In this document: positions 34,265 to 44,485 of the stretch, in pieces
Layout: every line of letters begins with the position of its first letter
Position numbering within the stretch: the first letter of the stretch is position 1
NCBI GenBank assembly: GCA_963847445.1
Contig: CAWJZV010000046.1
Coordinates: 224,001 to 288,000, forward strand
Reading direction: 5' to 3'
Source: an uncultured delta proteobacterium
GTDB lineage: Bacteria; Desulfobacterota; Binatia; UBA9968
Length of the DNA stretch: 64,000 bases
Position numbers and translations under genes: made by a program
The notes under the pieces: model-generated
What the model was told of the DNA's origin: nothing
Seen by the model: only the letters and a program-made list of their open reading frames with translations
The model's database searches: none

Positions 34265-35933
34265 CTTACGCTCCTTCGCTGTGCTTGGGAGAGATGGTCA
34301 ACTGCCGCATCAGGCCGAATACCCGGAACATTCAACGCCATGCGATAGAGTGTGTTCTGCGCGGTGATGTAGAGCGTCTTGCCGTCGGCGCCGCCCCAGG
34401 CGAGGTTGTGCGGGTTCTTCGGCGTCTTGATCGTGCCGAGGTGTTTTCGGCGCGAGATCACCCAGATACCGCCGGGGCCGCAGACGTAAAGATTGCCTTG
34501 TGATCGACTTTGATGCCGTCGATGGCGTCTTCGCCGGGCGCCTCGTCATGTCGAAGAAGACTTTGCCGTTGGACAGCGTGCCATCGGCGTCGACTCGGTA
34601 GCGCATGACGACTTTCTTTTCCGGATCCCAGTTGCCGACGTAGAGATATTTCTCGTCCGGCGAGAAGGCGATACCGTTGGGGCCTTTCAGATCGGTGCTG
34701 ATCCAGTTTGAGCTTGCCGTCTTTCAGGCTGAAGACGCCGCTGTAGGGCAACTGTTTGCGCGGGATCGTCGTAGAATTTCGGCAGATCCAAACGGCGGAT
34801 CGGTGAAGAACAGCGCGCCGTCGGAGCGGTAGACGAGATCGTTGGGCCTGTTGAGCCGCTTGCCTTCGTACTGTCGGCGAGAACGGTCACGCGTCCGTCT
34901 TTCTCGATGCGCGCGACACGGTGGTTGCCATGCTCGTTGATCGTCAGCCTTCCTTGCGGGTCGAGGGTTAGGCCGTTGGAGCCGGGCTGAAAATATTCGC
35001 CGATGTCTTTGCCGGAGTAGCCGCTGTTGGTTTTGAAAACCGACAGCTTGCCGTCGCCGCCGTATTTGTAGATCGTATTGGCATTGGGATCGCTGAAGAG
35101 AAAATCGCCGCTCTGGGTCCAGATCGGTCCTTCGGTGAATTGAAAACCTTCGGCGAGCTTAAAAATCTTCGGGTTGAGCGGCACGATGGCATCGATGGCC
35201 GGATCGACGCGCTCGACATTGACGTTGACTTCGTGCGGCGCGACGGCGACCGGTCCAGCCGGGACTTGTGGAATTCCAACCGGCGCATAGCGCATCCAGA
35301 TATAGTTGGTCGGCGGCTGCGATATCGGGCCGTTGGCGCCGAAGATGGCGAGCTGAATGGTCTGCCCCGGCTTGACGCCGCGGCCGATGACCAGACGATT
35401 CTCTGCGTTCCAGCCTTTGATCACCGAGCCGCCGCTCTGGCCGGCGGCGCGCGGCAGTTCGCCGTCGACCCAGACTTCGGCGTAGTCGTCGAGCGAAGTC
35501 GAAAACGACCGTCGAGCCGGTCGGATTGAAGTTGCCGATGCGCTCGGGGACGGTGATCTTGATTCGATACCAATTGAAAGCGAGCTTGCCGTTGGTGCGT
35601 CGCTTATCCAGGCTGGTCGGTTCGATTACTTCCCATTTCGAATCGTCGAATTCGGCACGGCCGGCTTGCGGTGTGATGTCGTAGGTCTTGTTCGGCGTCG
35701 TCGATGGTTGTCCGTCGGCGCCGACGGCTTTGAAATCGACTTCGATAATTTTCGTGTCGCTGTAGCGCCATTGGCCTTTGACGAGTTGGACGCCGCCTTT
35801 GTTCCGAGGTCGACTTTGCGCCTTCGGCGCGCGTTTGGTGGGCTGTTTCGTTGAGGGGATGGCGTGAGACGATTGATTCGGCGCCCAAGTGCAACCACAA
35901 GGGTTGCGGGAATTATACTTGAGTTAGTTTCAT
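34261..35933 (-). CDS. Exported SMP-30/gluconolactonase with extra N-terminal beta-sandwich domain (frameshifted)
   Basis: N-terminal WRYSDTK...FNWYRIKITVP...DDYAEVWVDG...IQLAIFGANGP; C-terminal FTEGPIW, LFSDP, GSNGL, PNGIAFSPDEK, HNLAWG. Confidence 0.85.
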
Positions 35934-35939
35934 TGAACC

Positions 35940-36813
35940 TCAGTTAGCGGCGCGGACTTTGACGACGTAGTAGTTGAGCGGGCCTTTGACTTCCTTGAAC
36001 CAGTGCGGCGTGTTGTGCGGCACGATGATCACGTCGCCTTTGGTGACGTGCGTCTTTTCGCCGCCTTTGACGTTCGCTGCCGCGGATCTCTTCGGTCTCG
36101 ATGTTTTTACCGCCGACAATGGTGCCGCCGGTGACCGAGGTGGCACTTGCCGTCGAGCATGTAGATGATGTCGGTGTCTTTGGCGTGGACTTCGACCACG
36201 CCGGGCTCGTCACGGTGGCTGGCGTGGACTTTATAGTTGGCGATTTCGAGTAGCGGCATGCCCTTCTCAAACGCCTTGTTCACCTGACCCGCGGAGAAGT
36301 AGTTCGACCTTGGGCGCCGCTGCTTTCGCCATCTCAGTGTCTGCGGTGAACGCCAGCACGTCGGCCTTAGCGATGTCTTCGTCTTCCTTCGGCGTGTTGC
36401 CGCTGACGCCGATGGCGCCGATGGTTTTGCCGTCGACGTTCAGCGGCAAGCCGCCTTGCAGTGGCGTTGCGCCGGGTAGCGCCAGAGACGCGATTCGGCC
36501 ATTCTTTATCTGCTCTTCGAAGTCGCGGCTCGGCCGGCGGAAGATCGCCGCCGTGCGCGCCTTGCCGATGCCGACATCGACACTGGCGACCTGGGTGTCG
36601 TCGAGACGTTTGACGATCAGCGGGTATCCGCCCTCGTCGACCACGACGATGACTACCGTGGCATTGCGTTTCTTGGCTTCGATTTCGGCGGCGAGGGACG
36701 ATCTTTTCCGCCGCCGCGAGTGTGAGAATCTTTTTCTCCGAAAGCTGCGCCGAACTCATTGACGGCGCGATCAGCGCGAATAACACAATCAAGATAAATG
36801 CTTTGAGTTGCAT
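35940..36813 (-). CDS. Exported GlcG/HbpS heme-binding domain fused to a C-terminal cupin (frameshifted)
   Basis: Signal peptide; VVDEGG...GKARTAAIFRRP...GAIGVSG; then HASHRDEPGVVEVH...KGDVIIVPHNTPHWF. Confidence 0.8.
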
Positions 36814-36899
36814 CCTATTCTCCTTGATCCGAACCGTTGTGCGTTTGAACCCTTCGATTGACTCAGACCAGGCTCTTGAACCTTTGAACGGTTCGTTGC

Positions 36900-37372
36900 T
36901 TAGCGCAGCGCCGCCGCGCCAGCCATAGCGAGATCTTCATCTTGCTGGGCGCTGGAGGCGCCGCTGACGCCGATGGCGCCGACGATCTGGCCGTCGAACA
37001 TGATCGGCACGCCGCCTTGCAGCGGCGTGAAGTCATGCAGCGAAGTCATGGCGGTGCGTCCTTTGTTGATAATGTCCTCGAAAGCTTTGGTCGGCCGTTT
37101 GAAGATCGCCGCGGTACGCGCCTTGCCGATGGAGATGTTTGCGCCGGCGGCGAAGGTGTTATCCAAACGCTCGGCCGCCATCAAGTTGCCACCATCGTCG
37201 ACCACCGCGATGGCGGCGCCGGAGCGTTTAGTTTGTTCGCTTCGGCGACAGCAGCGCCGATGACTTTCTTGGCGCCTGCTAAATTCAGGCCTGGTTTTGC
37301 CGTGGTCTGCGCTTGTGCGTCAGAAATCATTAGGACGGAAAACAAGGTTACAGGCAGGACTAAAAACTTCAT
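36900..37372 (-). CDS. Exported GlcG/HbpS heme-binding protein (one frameshift)
   Basis: Signal peptide; AIAVVDDGG...ERLD...GKARTAA...GGVPI...GAIGVSGA..AQQD. Confidence 0.88.
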
Positions 37373-37404
37373 GGCGTCTCCTGTCGGTTATATTGGCAAA
37401 AATT

Positions 37405-37439
37405 GCTGGCCGGGCTCTGAAGGGCGAACCCGGCCAGCG
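37405..37439 (-). terminator. Intercistronic hairpin/terminator after the DM13-like gene
   Basis: GCTGGCCGGG / CCCGGCCAGC 10-bp stem followed on the minus strand by AATTTTT. Confidence 0.55.
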
Positions 37440-37456
37440 TCGCATGGAGGACGGCT

Positions 37457-37861
37457 CTACATGACGGGCTTGTCGAAGGCGGCTTCGCCGAGATTACTCT
37501 CGGCCCAAGCACACCAGATCACGACCTTGGCGACTTCCTTGATGTAGTCGGGCAGAGTGATCTTGCGATTCATCTTGTTGTCTTTAATGGCGATTCTCTG
37601 CAGCATGAAGACCGTGCCCTTGGAGTCGACCACCTGCCAGTGCGGATCGGGCGTATCGGGGTTCTTGAAATCGTCAGACAAGGACAGTACAAGCTTGCCA
37701 CCTTCTTTGCTCGACGTAACAAAGCCGGTATTCGCCTTCGCTCCCTTGAATGCGCCGCTCTTCATCATCATCTCAGCGGCGTAGAGCTGGCTGCTACACA
37801 GCAGACCTGCCCCCAAGGCTACCGCTAAGGTTTTGCCGTGTCGTTTAGTTTTATCTTTCAT
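37457..37861 (-). CDS. Exported DM13-like protein
   Basis: Signal peptide, G.F.G...TG, F...DTPDPH, VVIWC...NLGEA; SD AAGGAG. Confidence 0.7.
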   Translation of the reverse strand: MKDKTKRHGKTLAVALGAGLLCSSQLYAAEMMMKSGAFKGAKANTGFVTSSKEGGKLVLSLSDDFKNPDTPDPHWQVVDSKGTVFMLQRIAIKDNKMNRKITLPDYIKEVAKVVIWCAWAESNLGEAAFDKPVM

Positions 37862-37905
37862 CGTACTTTCTCCTTTGTGTTGTGGCTTCATGGCCGATTC
37901 GCCAG

Positions 37906-37934
37906 TTAGATGCAGCGATGGTGAAAAGAGATGC
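37906..37934 (-). promoter_or_regulatory. ECF-type promoter copy 2
   Basis: Minus strand GCATC-N17-CATCTAA. Confidence 0.7.
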
Positions 37935-38047
37935 GCGGTGCGGGGACTGGAATGCAGAATGGAAAATGGCTAACGCAAAATGGCTGTACCCTTACGATGA
38001 CCGTGGGTGCAGCCTTCTGCCTTCCGACTTGTGATTCTGGCTTCTTG

Positions 38048-39013
38048 CTACGTGAATTGCGGCAGGGCGGTCTCGGCCCAGCGCGGTCGGACGCCGGCCA
38101 TGTCGAGGGACGCCATCACGCGTTTGGGTTCGCCGAGGTCGTTCCAGCGCACGCCGGTGACTTTCAGCACCGCCAGCCGCTCGGGCTTTGAGCGCCAGCA
38201 CTTGGTGGGAAAAGTTGACTTCGTGTCAGGCGAGTTGTAGAGCAGCTCGATCGCTTTCGCTTCCGCGGCAGTGCCGAAAAGCGGCGTCAACGCGGCGAAG
38301 GAGCGATAGAGTTCGGGGATCGCGCTCTCGATGATGTCGAGCAACGCTTGCACCGAGGCGACCATGACAAAGCTGTTCCACAGGCAGCCGCGCAGTTGCA
38401 GCACTTGCGCGAGCATGCGGTTGGGTTTTTCCCAGAAACGGCGCACGCCGAAGACTTTGCGCGTGACCGCGAATGGCCTGGCTCGGTTCGATCCAGCCGT
38501 ATTCGACTTCCGGGCTTTCGGGTTCGAGGCCGAGCAGCATGATCAGATCGCGCCGCGCGGCGGCGGTATCGAGCGCGGTGCGGATCTGCGCCATGAACTT
38601 GGCGTCATCGGAGATGTAATGATCGGAAGGGAAGAACGCGACAATGGCGTTGGGATCCCGCGCCGCGATGCGCAGCAGGCTATATAGGATCGCCGGCGCG
38701 GTGCCGCGATTGCTCGGCTGCACGACCAAGTTGGCAGTCGGTTTGTCGTGCAAGATTGGCTCGGTAGAAATTTTCATGGGCGCGATTGACGACATAGAGC
38801 GTGCGCTGCCGGCGCGAGCTCCAAAGGCGGCACGGTCTTGGGTCTCTTCGAGCAGCGTGCCGCGGCCGAGCACCGAGCAGAACTGTTTGGGCCGCTCGTC
38901 GCCGGCGATATGGCGGGTAAGAGATTTAAGCCGGGTGCCGTCGCCGCCGGCCAAGATGACCGCCCATTCGTGGTCCGCGCGTTGCTCGAATGTTTTTGCT
39001 CGTGCTGTTTCAT
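38048..39013 (-). CDS. Mannose-1-phosphate guanylyltransferase-like nucleotidyltransferase (frameshifted)
   Basis: VILAGGDGTRL, RPKQF, QPSNRGTAPA, FPSDH, YGWIEP, RFWEKP, WNSFV, WNDLG. Confidence 0.88.
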
Positions 39014-39125
39014 TTCGCGTCCTCGATCTTTTTAGTTTCGCAGGCCCGTGCAATCGTCCGTCTTTTTTGTGTTTAAGTTGCTGTGCGCTACTTTCGGAAG
39101 GATGCGGCGCGGTGATAGTTGCTGC

Positions 39126-39743
39126 TCAGCTGCCGCCACTGTCACCGCCGCCGCGCCGCGCCGATTCGTCGCGCCGCGCGCGGTCGATTTCTTCGTCGAA
39201 GTCTTTTCCGATGCGTTGGGCTGCTATGCCAAGCTGGTTGTTATCGAGTATGTTGGCCAGAGCTCTTTCGGACGTCGCGACGTATTGTCACGCCGCTATC
39301 CCAAGACAACCCAAAGACCGGGTCTGCCGCGATATACTCGATGGTTTCATGGATGCTCTTGAGGCCGGCTTCGATCTCTTTTCTGCCGCGATCGCGGTCG
39401 CCGCTGCGTAGTAAAGTCAAACCAAGATAGAGATGGGCCAGGGCATCGTCGTGATGGATGCTGACGGCTTTTTCCAGGGTCGTCCGTGCAGCCTTATCAT
39501 TACCGGTTTCGTAGTAGGCTCGGCCTAGATAGGTCAGGACACGTGCCGGGACCCATGTAGGGGTGCGATACTTCGGGTCTGATCGGCGGCGCGCATCAGA
39601 TAGCCGACCGCGTCGTTGGGGCGGCCGGTTTGCAGGGCATTGCGGCCGGCGGTGTACATCGCCGGCGACTGGCACGCTGGCACGCTCGAAAAGTAGATTA
39701 GCGCGGATAAACAGCTCGGAACGAGTAACGTACGAGTCTTCAT
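39126..39743 (-). CDS. TPR-repeat exported/lipoprotein (frameshifted)
   Basis: Hydrophobic leader ending in Cys; TYLGRAYYETG...ARTTLEKA...AHLYLGLTL. Confidence 0.7.
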
Positions 39744-39777
39744 GTGAGACCCTCCTAGGTTCTTGGGCTTCACCTTC

Positions 39778-40567
39778 TTAATCCTTAAGACTGCCGGTTT
39801 GCCGCAGAAGATGCAGCGTTTGGCAGTTGTCGTGATGGAGTTTGGCGCAGGCCACATCGTGAGAGCCGCGGCTCCGTATGTAGACCTCCGCAGCCGCCAG
39901 CATGCCGATCAGCGGTGCTGTGAAGTAAACCCAGAGACCGTCCATGAGTTCGCGACAATTGCCGAAGCCAAAGTAGCGCGCCGGATTCATGCTCATGCCG
40001 GAGATCGGCGCTTCGAATGTAATGTACGCAGCTACCAAGCGCCGGCGCACAGGCCGGTAAATTTATGCAGCTTGGGGTGGTTCGAAACATGCAAGATCAC
40101 GGTCATGAGAACGAAGGTAATGGCGATTTCTGCTGCGAACGCTCCAAGACTACCCAAAGTACCGGGCACAGTGACGACGTAATTGACGGACGCGTGCGCC
40201 GCCCTGGGAGGAGTAGAAAGCCGCGATGATGGCGCCGGTGTGGCCGCCGACAAATTGCGCGGCGATGTACAGGATGGCGTCCCACTTGGCGACCTTGCCG
40301 AGCCGGAAGAAGGTTAGGGTGGTCGACGGGTTGAATGCGCGCCGGATTGTTTGCCCCAGGGTGAATAGATGATCGCGATGGCCGTGCCGCCCATCGCCAA
40401 GCCCATCATGAAGCGGCGTAAGCGTAGAGTTGACGACCGCTTGGTGCACGGGGGACGGCTGGATGCTCGAGCAGGGTGGCGAAGCTGAATGCCGAGATCA
40501 TGAATAGCCCCAGGCAGGCGGCTTCGATCAGGTATTCGGGCCAGTGGTGTTTGAGAGCCAGCGTCAT
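39778..40567 (-). CDS. Aquaporin (MIP family) with Cys/His C-terminal tail (frameshifted)
   Basis: HWPEYLIEA, SGAH.NPS, SGMSMNPAR, WVYFTAPLIGM, CAKLHHDN...RCIFC. Confidence 0.88.
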
Positions 40568-40664
40568 CTCTCATTGGATGACGGCGGCGGAGCGCAAGGG
40601 TGCAGGCGGTTCGTGGCTCGTGCTCGTCGCGGATTCACGAACACGTACGAACCACGTAACTTGA

Positions 40665-41779
40665 TCAATTGAGTTGGATGACGTTCTTGATCCCCGTGGC
40701 TTTGCCGAGCAACAGCTCGCGATGGTCGGTCATGCCAAAACGGCCGGTGATCAACGATCGCACCGCCTCGGGCCAGGCGTCGTTGAAGGTCTGCAGGTCG
40801 CGGATCGCGGTTTCGAAAATGTCGCGGCCGGCGTTGACGGTGCCGAACACCACCTGGTTCTTGAGCACGAGATTGCGCATCATCAGATCGGTGTCGATTT
40901 CCACCGGCCCTTTGCGGCCGGGCACACCGGTGAAGATAAAGATGCCGTTGGTGCCGAGCTATTGCATCATGTCGAAGGCCAGGCGCGACGCGCCGGTGGC
41001 TTCGTAAACCAGGTCGACGTTGCCGATCTCGCGCGGCGAGCTGCTCGAGCGAATGAGTCTGCGCCGAGCGGTACTGGGCGCCGATCATTTCGAGCACGCG
41101 CGGATTTGTCGTTGGGCGCCGGTTCGCGGGCGTAAACGTAGGTGTCGAAGTCGGCATTCACCAGCGCCATCGCGCCGAGCAGGCCGACCGGGCCGGCGCC
41201 GAGCACCACGGCCTTGCGACAATGAGCGCGGGCTTTGCCCGGAACCACCGGGCAGCCCCAGGGCAGCCGTTGCTGGACGTGCCAGACCTGGGCCAGCGCT
41301 TTTTCGGCGATGGTCAGCGGCTCGACCAGCACGGCGACGTCGCGCAGAGCGCGCGGAACGAGGTTCATGTAAACTTCGTCGTCGACGACGAACTGCGTCA
41401 TGAAGCCATGCTGCTCTTTGATGCCGCGCTCGGTGAAGTCGCCGGTGAAGCAAAAGTCCTGGCGGCTCGCGCGGCAGGCCATGCAATGATCGTGGGGGCA
41501 GGGCCGGCGCACCATCGGCACCACCAGATCGCCGACGTTCACCCGCGTGACCTCGGCGCCGACCTCGACGACTTCGCCGAGCGACTCGTGGCCGATCACC
41601 AGATCGGCCATGCCGGCGGGCGGCGTGCCGTACTCGAAGGCGCAGATCTCCCGGTCGGTGCCGCAGACGCCGACTTCGAGCATGCGCAGTTTGACATCGG
41701 TGGGGGAGGACAGCTTGGGTTCGGCGATGTCGATCAGCGAAACCTGTTTGATTGACGGCGTGACGGCGATGGCGCGCAT
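40665..41779 (-). CDS. Zn-dependent glucose 1-dehydrogenase, archaeal/MDR type (frameshifted)
   Basis: GVCGTDREI, GHESLG, VRRPC, ERGI...HGFM, VLVEPL, GAGPVG, VLKNQVVFGTVNA. Confidence 0.88.
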
Positions 41780-41886
41780 GTTATTCTCCTCTGTTGGCGA
41801 ATGACCGGAAAGTTTAGCGGTTATTCAGTTAACCGAAATGGTTGGGTGCAAAGCCGTCGCGATCCGACGGTTTGACCTTCGCTTCG

Positions 41887-41915
41887 TTAGATGAGTGGGG
41901 CGCGCAAAAGGTTGC
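41887..41915 (-). promoter_or_regulatory. ECF-type promoter copy 3
   Basis: Minus strand GCAAC-N17-CATCTAA, upstream of glucose dehydrogenase. Confidence 0.75.
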
Positions 41916-41942
41916 GCCTTCAGCGCCACAGCCAGGAAGTGT

Positions 41943-42209
41943 TTACAGAGAGCGGCGTAACTGCAAATACGGCTGCGGCGGTTTGTTCAGCCGCCCGCGG
42001 AGAAAGCTCCGGGTCATCTCAAGGGTTTTTTTGTAGGTTGCCAAAAACGCGCCGCAGTCTCGGCAAGCGCCGAGGTGTGCTTCGAAGGCACGGCGCTCGG
42101 CTTGGCTCAGATCGTTCGTCAGATAGTCGCTGAGCAGATCGACTTCGTCGCGACAGGTAGAAATGGCGCGGTTAGCGCGGCGATTTTTCCTGGCTGGTTT
42201 GGCAATCAT
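41943..42209 (-). CDS. Soluble zf-HC2 (ZAS) anti-sigma factor no. 2
   Basis: TCRDEVDLLSDYL...FEAHLGACRDC (C-x23-H-x3-C-x2-C). Confidence 0.88.
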   Translation of the reverse strand: MIAKPARKNRRANRAISTCRDEVDLLSDYLTNDLSQAERRAFEAHLGACRDCGAFLATYKKTLEMTRSFLRGRLNKPPQPYLQLRRSL

Positions 42210-42305
42210 GGTTGCATCCTGCGCGGCGAGCGCGCTTCTGTTCCTGGCGAGCCAGGAATGCGTCGCTTCGGATTGGGAAATACTCTGGTGCAGCAAAGGC
42301 CATCA

Positions 42306-42567
42306 CTAGGCCCAAGCCGCGCTGCGACGGCCGAGATTACCGCGCCGCAAGGAGCGAGTCGGTTTGCCGCTGGTTAGACGAACCGGTGCCAACGCGCGCC
42401 CGAATCGAACCCGGTGTGAGAGAAAAAAATATGCGCCAGGCTTTCCATCACCGGGCATCGTCATTGGTCTGGCTGGTGAGTGCCTGCAGGATCTCCAGCA
42501 AACTGGTCTTGATAGTCAGCTTTTTCGATTCGCTGAGTGCATTACCGTTGGCTCGCTCAGTTCTCAT
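42306..42567 (-). CDS. Small hypothetical protein (frameshifted; absent from the ORF track)
   Basis: MRTERANGNALSESKKLTIKTSLLEILQALTSQTNDDA/VMESLAHIF.../RVRFGRALAPVRL...AAWA*; directly behind promoter copy 4. Confidence 0.55.
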
Positions 42568-42589
42568 GTCTGTTGCCCTTTCTATAAGC

Positions 42590-42691
42590 TCAAGACTTAG
42601 ATGCGCCCGGAGCAATAAATGTTACAGCAACGTCATCGTCGGAGTCAGTTATTACGCAGGGGAAAACGGCTTCCCAGCTGTTCATCGTCAT
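42590..42691 (-). CDS. Putative 33-aa small protein
   Basis: GAGGAG SD then MTMNSWEAVFPCVITDSDDDVAVTFIAPGASKS*; lies behind promoter copy 5. Confidence 0.35.
   Translation of the reverse strand: MTMNSWEAVFPCVITDSDDDVAVTFIAPGASKS
42597..42625 (-). promoter_or_regulatory. ECF-type promoter copy 4
   Basis: Minus strand GTAAC-N17-CATCTAA. Confidence 0.72.
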
Positions 42692-42755
42692 TTCTCCTCG
42701 TCTGCATCTTCTACGTCTGAGCTCGACCAATGGATTGGCCGAGAACTTTTGTCGA

Positions 42756-42784
42756 TTAGACGTGTGCGGCGAACTTTTGGTTGC
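42756..42784 (-). promoter_or_regulatory. ECF-type promoter copy 5
   Basis: Minus strand GCAAC-N17-CGTCTAA. Confidence 0.72.
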
Positions 42785-42876
42785 AGGCCATTGGCGGGGC
42801 TTCGCTAAGAGGCGGGCCTGCCGAGTGAAGTAGGATGGGCTGGTTCAGAGGTGACAAGGGGCAGGCGAGGCAGATG

Positions 42877-43188
42877 TTACGCCGCCAGCTGAGTCAAGAG
42901 GCAAAAAACTATCGCGGTGACTCGGCGCAGTTTGCTGCGCAGAAAGCCAAGCACGTTGTCGCGCACCTTGGGCGGAATCTCATCGGCGCCTAATGTCGCG
43001 GTGGTTTGGACCGTCTTCTTGTAGGTTTTCACAAAATTGACGCAGTCCGGACAGCTGCTCAGATGTTGAGTAAACGCTTGTTTCACCGTTGGGCGCAGTT
43101 TGTCGGTTAAGTAATCCAGCAGCAGATCGGCGATCTGTTTACAGGTTTTTGCGGCTAACGGGCGGCGCGTCGTTTTGACTTTGGGCAT
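42877..43188 (-). CDS. zf-HC2 (ZAS) anti-sigma factor no. 1, cognate to the adjacent ECF
   Basis: TCKQIADLLLDYL...FTQHLSSCPDC; immediately downstream of the ECF gene. Confidence 0.9.
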   Translation of the reverse strand: MPKVKTTRRPLAAKTCKQIADLLLDYLTDKLRPTVKQAFTQHLSSCPDCVNFVKTYKKTVQTTATLGADEIPPKVRDNVLGFLRSKLRRVTAIVFCLLTQLAA

Positions 43189-43202
43189 CGATGACTCTTT
43201 CC

Positions 43203-43919
43203 TTACGCTGCGGAGATAGCCGAGTTGGACCGCCAGCTTGCCGCGCAGGAACAGGCGCGCGCGATGCAGCCGAGTTTTGACCGCCGAGACCGTCAAGCCG
43301 GTGGCGGCGGCGATTTCCTTATCGGCCAAGCCTTCGAGATCGCTCAGGACGATGACGTTTTATCGACCGGTTTCAATTGTTCGAGGGCTCTCGCGATCAG
43401 CGCTTGAGTTTCACTCTTGGCGTAGTGTTCGTCGAGGGTATCCGACCAGTCGACCACCGGCCGCGCTGATGGTGGCCGTCGGCTTGAAACTTGGGCAGGA
43501 ATTCCTCGTAGGCGATTTCCTTATTTTTCTTGCTGCGGCGAATGCGACCCAAGCGCGGCGTTGACAGTCAGCCGATAGAGCCAGGTGGAGAATTGCGAAT
43601 GGCCCTGGAACAATGGGCTTTGCGGAAGGCGGTGAGAAAAACATCCTGGATCACTTCTTCGGCGTCGCGGGGCATCGCCTTCAGAATGCGCAACGCGACG
43701 TTGTAGAGTTTGCCGGAATAAAGGTTGAAAGCCTGCTCCAGGGCGGCGTGGTCGCCGGCCTTGAAGCCGGGTCACGAGATTGACTTCGTCCTGGGCCCGA
43801 CCGCGGGGTTTGGGCGCCAGCGAGGGGTTAGCGTTGCGCCGGGCGATCTCGCGAGCCAGCGGCGGTGTCAAACTGCGGCCGCGCGATCGTTCAACCGATT
43901 CGTTGTCCAAAATAATCAT
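43203..43919 (-). CDS. ECF RNA polymerase sigma factor (frameshifted)
   Basis: GDHAALEQ..., AEEVIQDVF, FQGHSQFSTWLYRLTVNAAL (region 2), LSDLEGLADKEIA..TGLTVSAVKTRLHRARLFLR (region 4). Confidence 0.92.
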
Positions 43920-43978
43920 GATCCCCTCCCCATCGAATGACATCATTGTGAAGTTAATAGTTTTTGCGCGTTGCCCGA

Positions 43979-44260
43979 CTAAGCGCCTGTTTCGCTGTCG
44001 GAGCTTCCTAGGAGCATTTCAATAAATGGCGAGCAGTTGACGATGTGGAAAGACCCGCCGCGCAGCTTGGTTAATCTGCGTGCGACTTCGTCGCTCATGT
44101 ACACCACGCCGGTCATATCGAGAATTAAATTTACCGAATCAGCCCGGTCGTGAAGCGACCAGATTTTTTCCAGTTCGGCGTAAGATTGTGAGTCAATATT
44201 GCCATCCAGCCGTATTCGTTTGGTGGTTTCGTTGACGTTTTGTTCGGTGATTCTCAGCAT
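43979..44260 (-). CDS. STAS-like domain protein
   Basis: MLRIT...IRLDGNID...ILDMTGVVYM...IVNCSPFI. Confidence 0.78.
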   Translation of the reverse strand: MLRITEQNVNETTKRIRLDGNIDSQSYAELEKIWSLHDRADSVNLILDMTGVVYMSDEVARRLTKLRGGSFHIVNCSPFIEMLLGSSDSETGA

Positions 44261-44296
44261 GTTTTTCTTCGCCTGACTTGCTTGCCCAAGCTATTT

Positions 44297-44312
44297 AGCA
44301 GATGTCATGCCA
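44297..44312 (-). promoter_or_regulatory. Sigma54 (-24/-12) promoter of the STAS-ECF-anti-sigma operon
   Basis: Minus strand TGGCATGACATCTGCT (GG-N10-GC), 36 bp before the STAS start. Confidence 0.72.
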
Positions 44313-44370
44313 CATCGTAAGCTTTGAAATAAATTAAAGTTTCGCAAAAATAGCCGATGGGGTGCTGTGG

Positions 44371-44406
44371 CATTTCGTTGTGGTATTTCGCGATGGTTGC
44401 GAAATG
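44371..44406. promoter_or_regulatory. Putative bEBP enhancer (FhlA-like UAS)
   Basis: ATTTCGC-N7-GCGAAAT dyad (44385-44405) plus CATTTCG half-site at 44371; AT-rich tract at 44320-44350 between it and the -24/-12 site. Confidence 0.55.
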
Positions 44407-44485
44407 CCGCAAGCAGCTGGTAGAGTTTTCATGCTCCTAACGATCGCGACTGCACGGCATTCGGCAGTCAACAAAGGCATGGTGT

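Noticed and set aside
42374-42402. Extra TTAGACG (-10 box) copy
   Set aside because: It has no matching -35 at 16-18 nt and lies inside a probable coding region.
43945-43973. Possible autoregulatory ECF promoter (GCAAC-N17-TTCACAA) before the ECF gene
   Set aside because: The -35 matches but the -10 departs from C(A/G)TCTAA at several positions.
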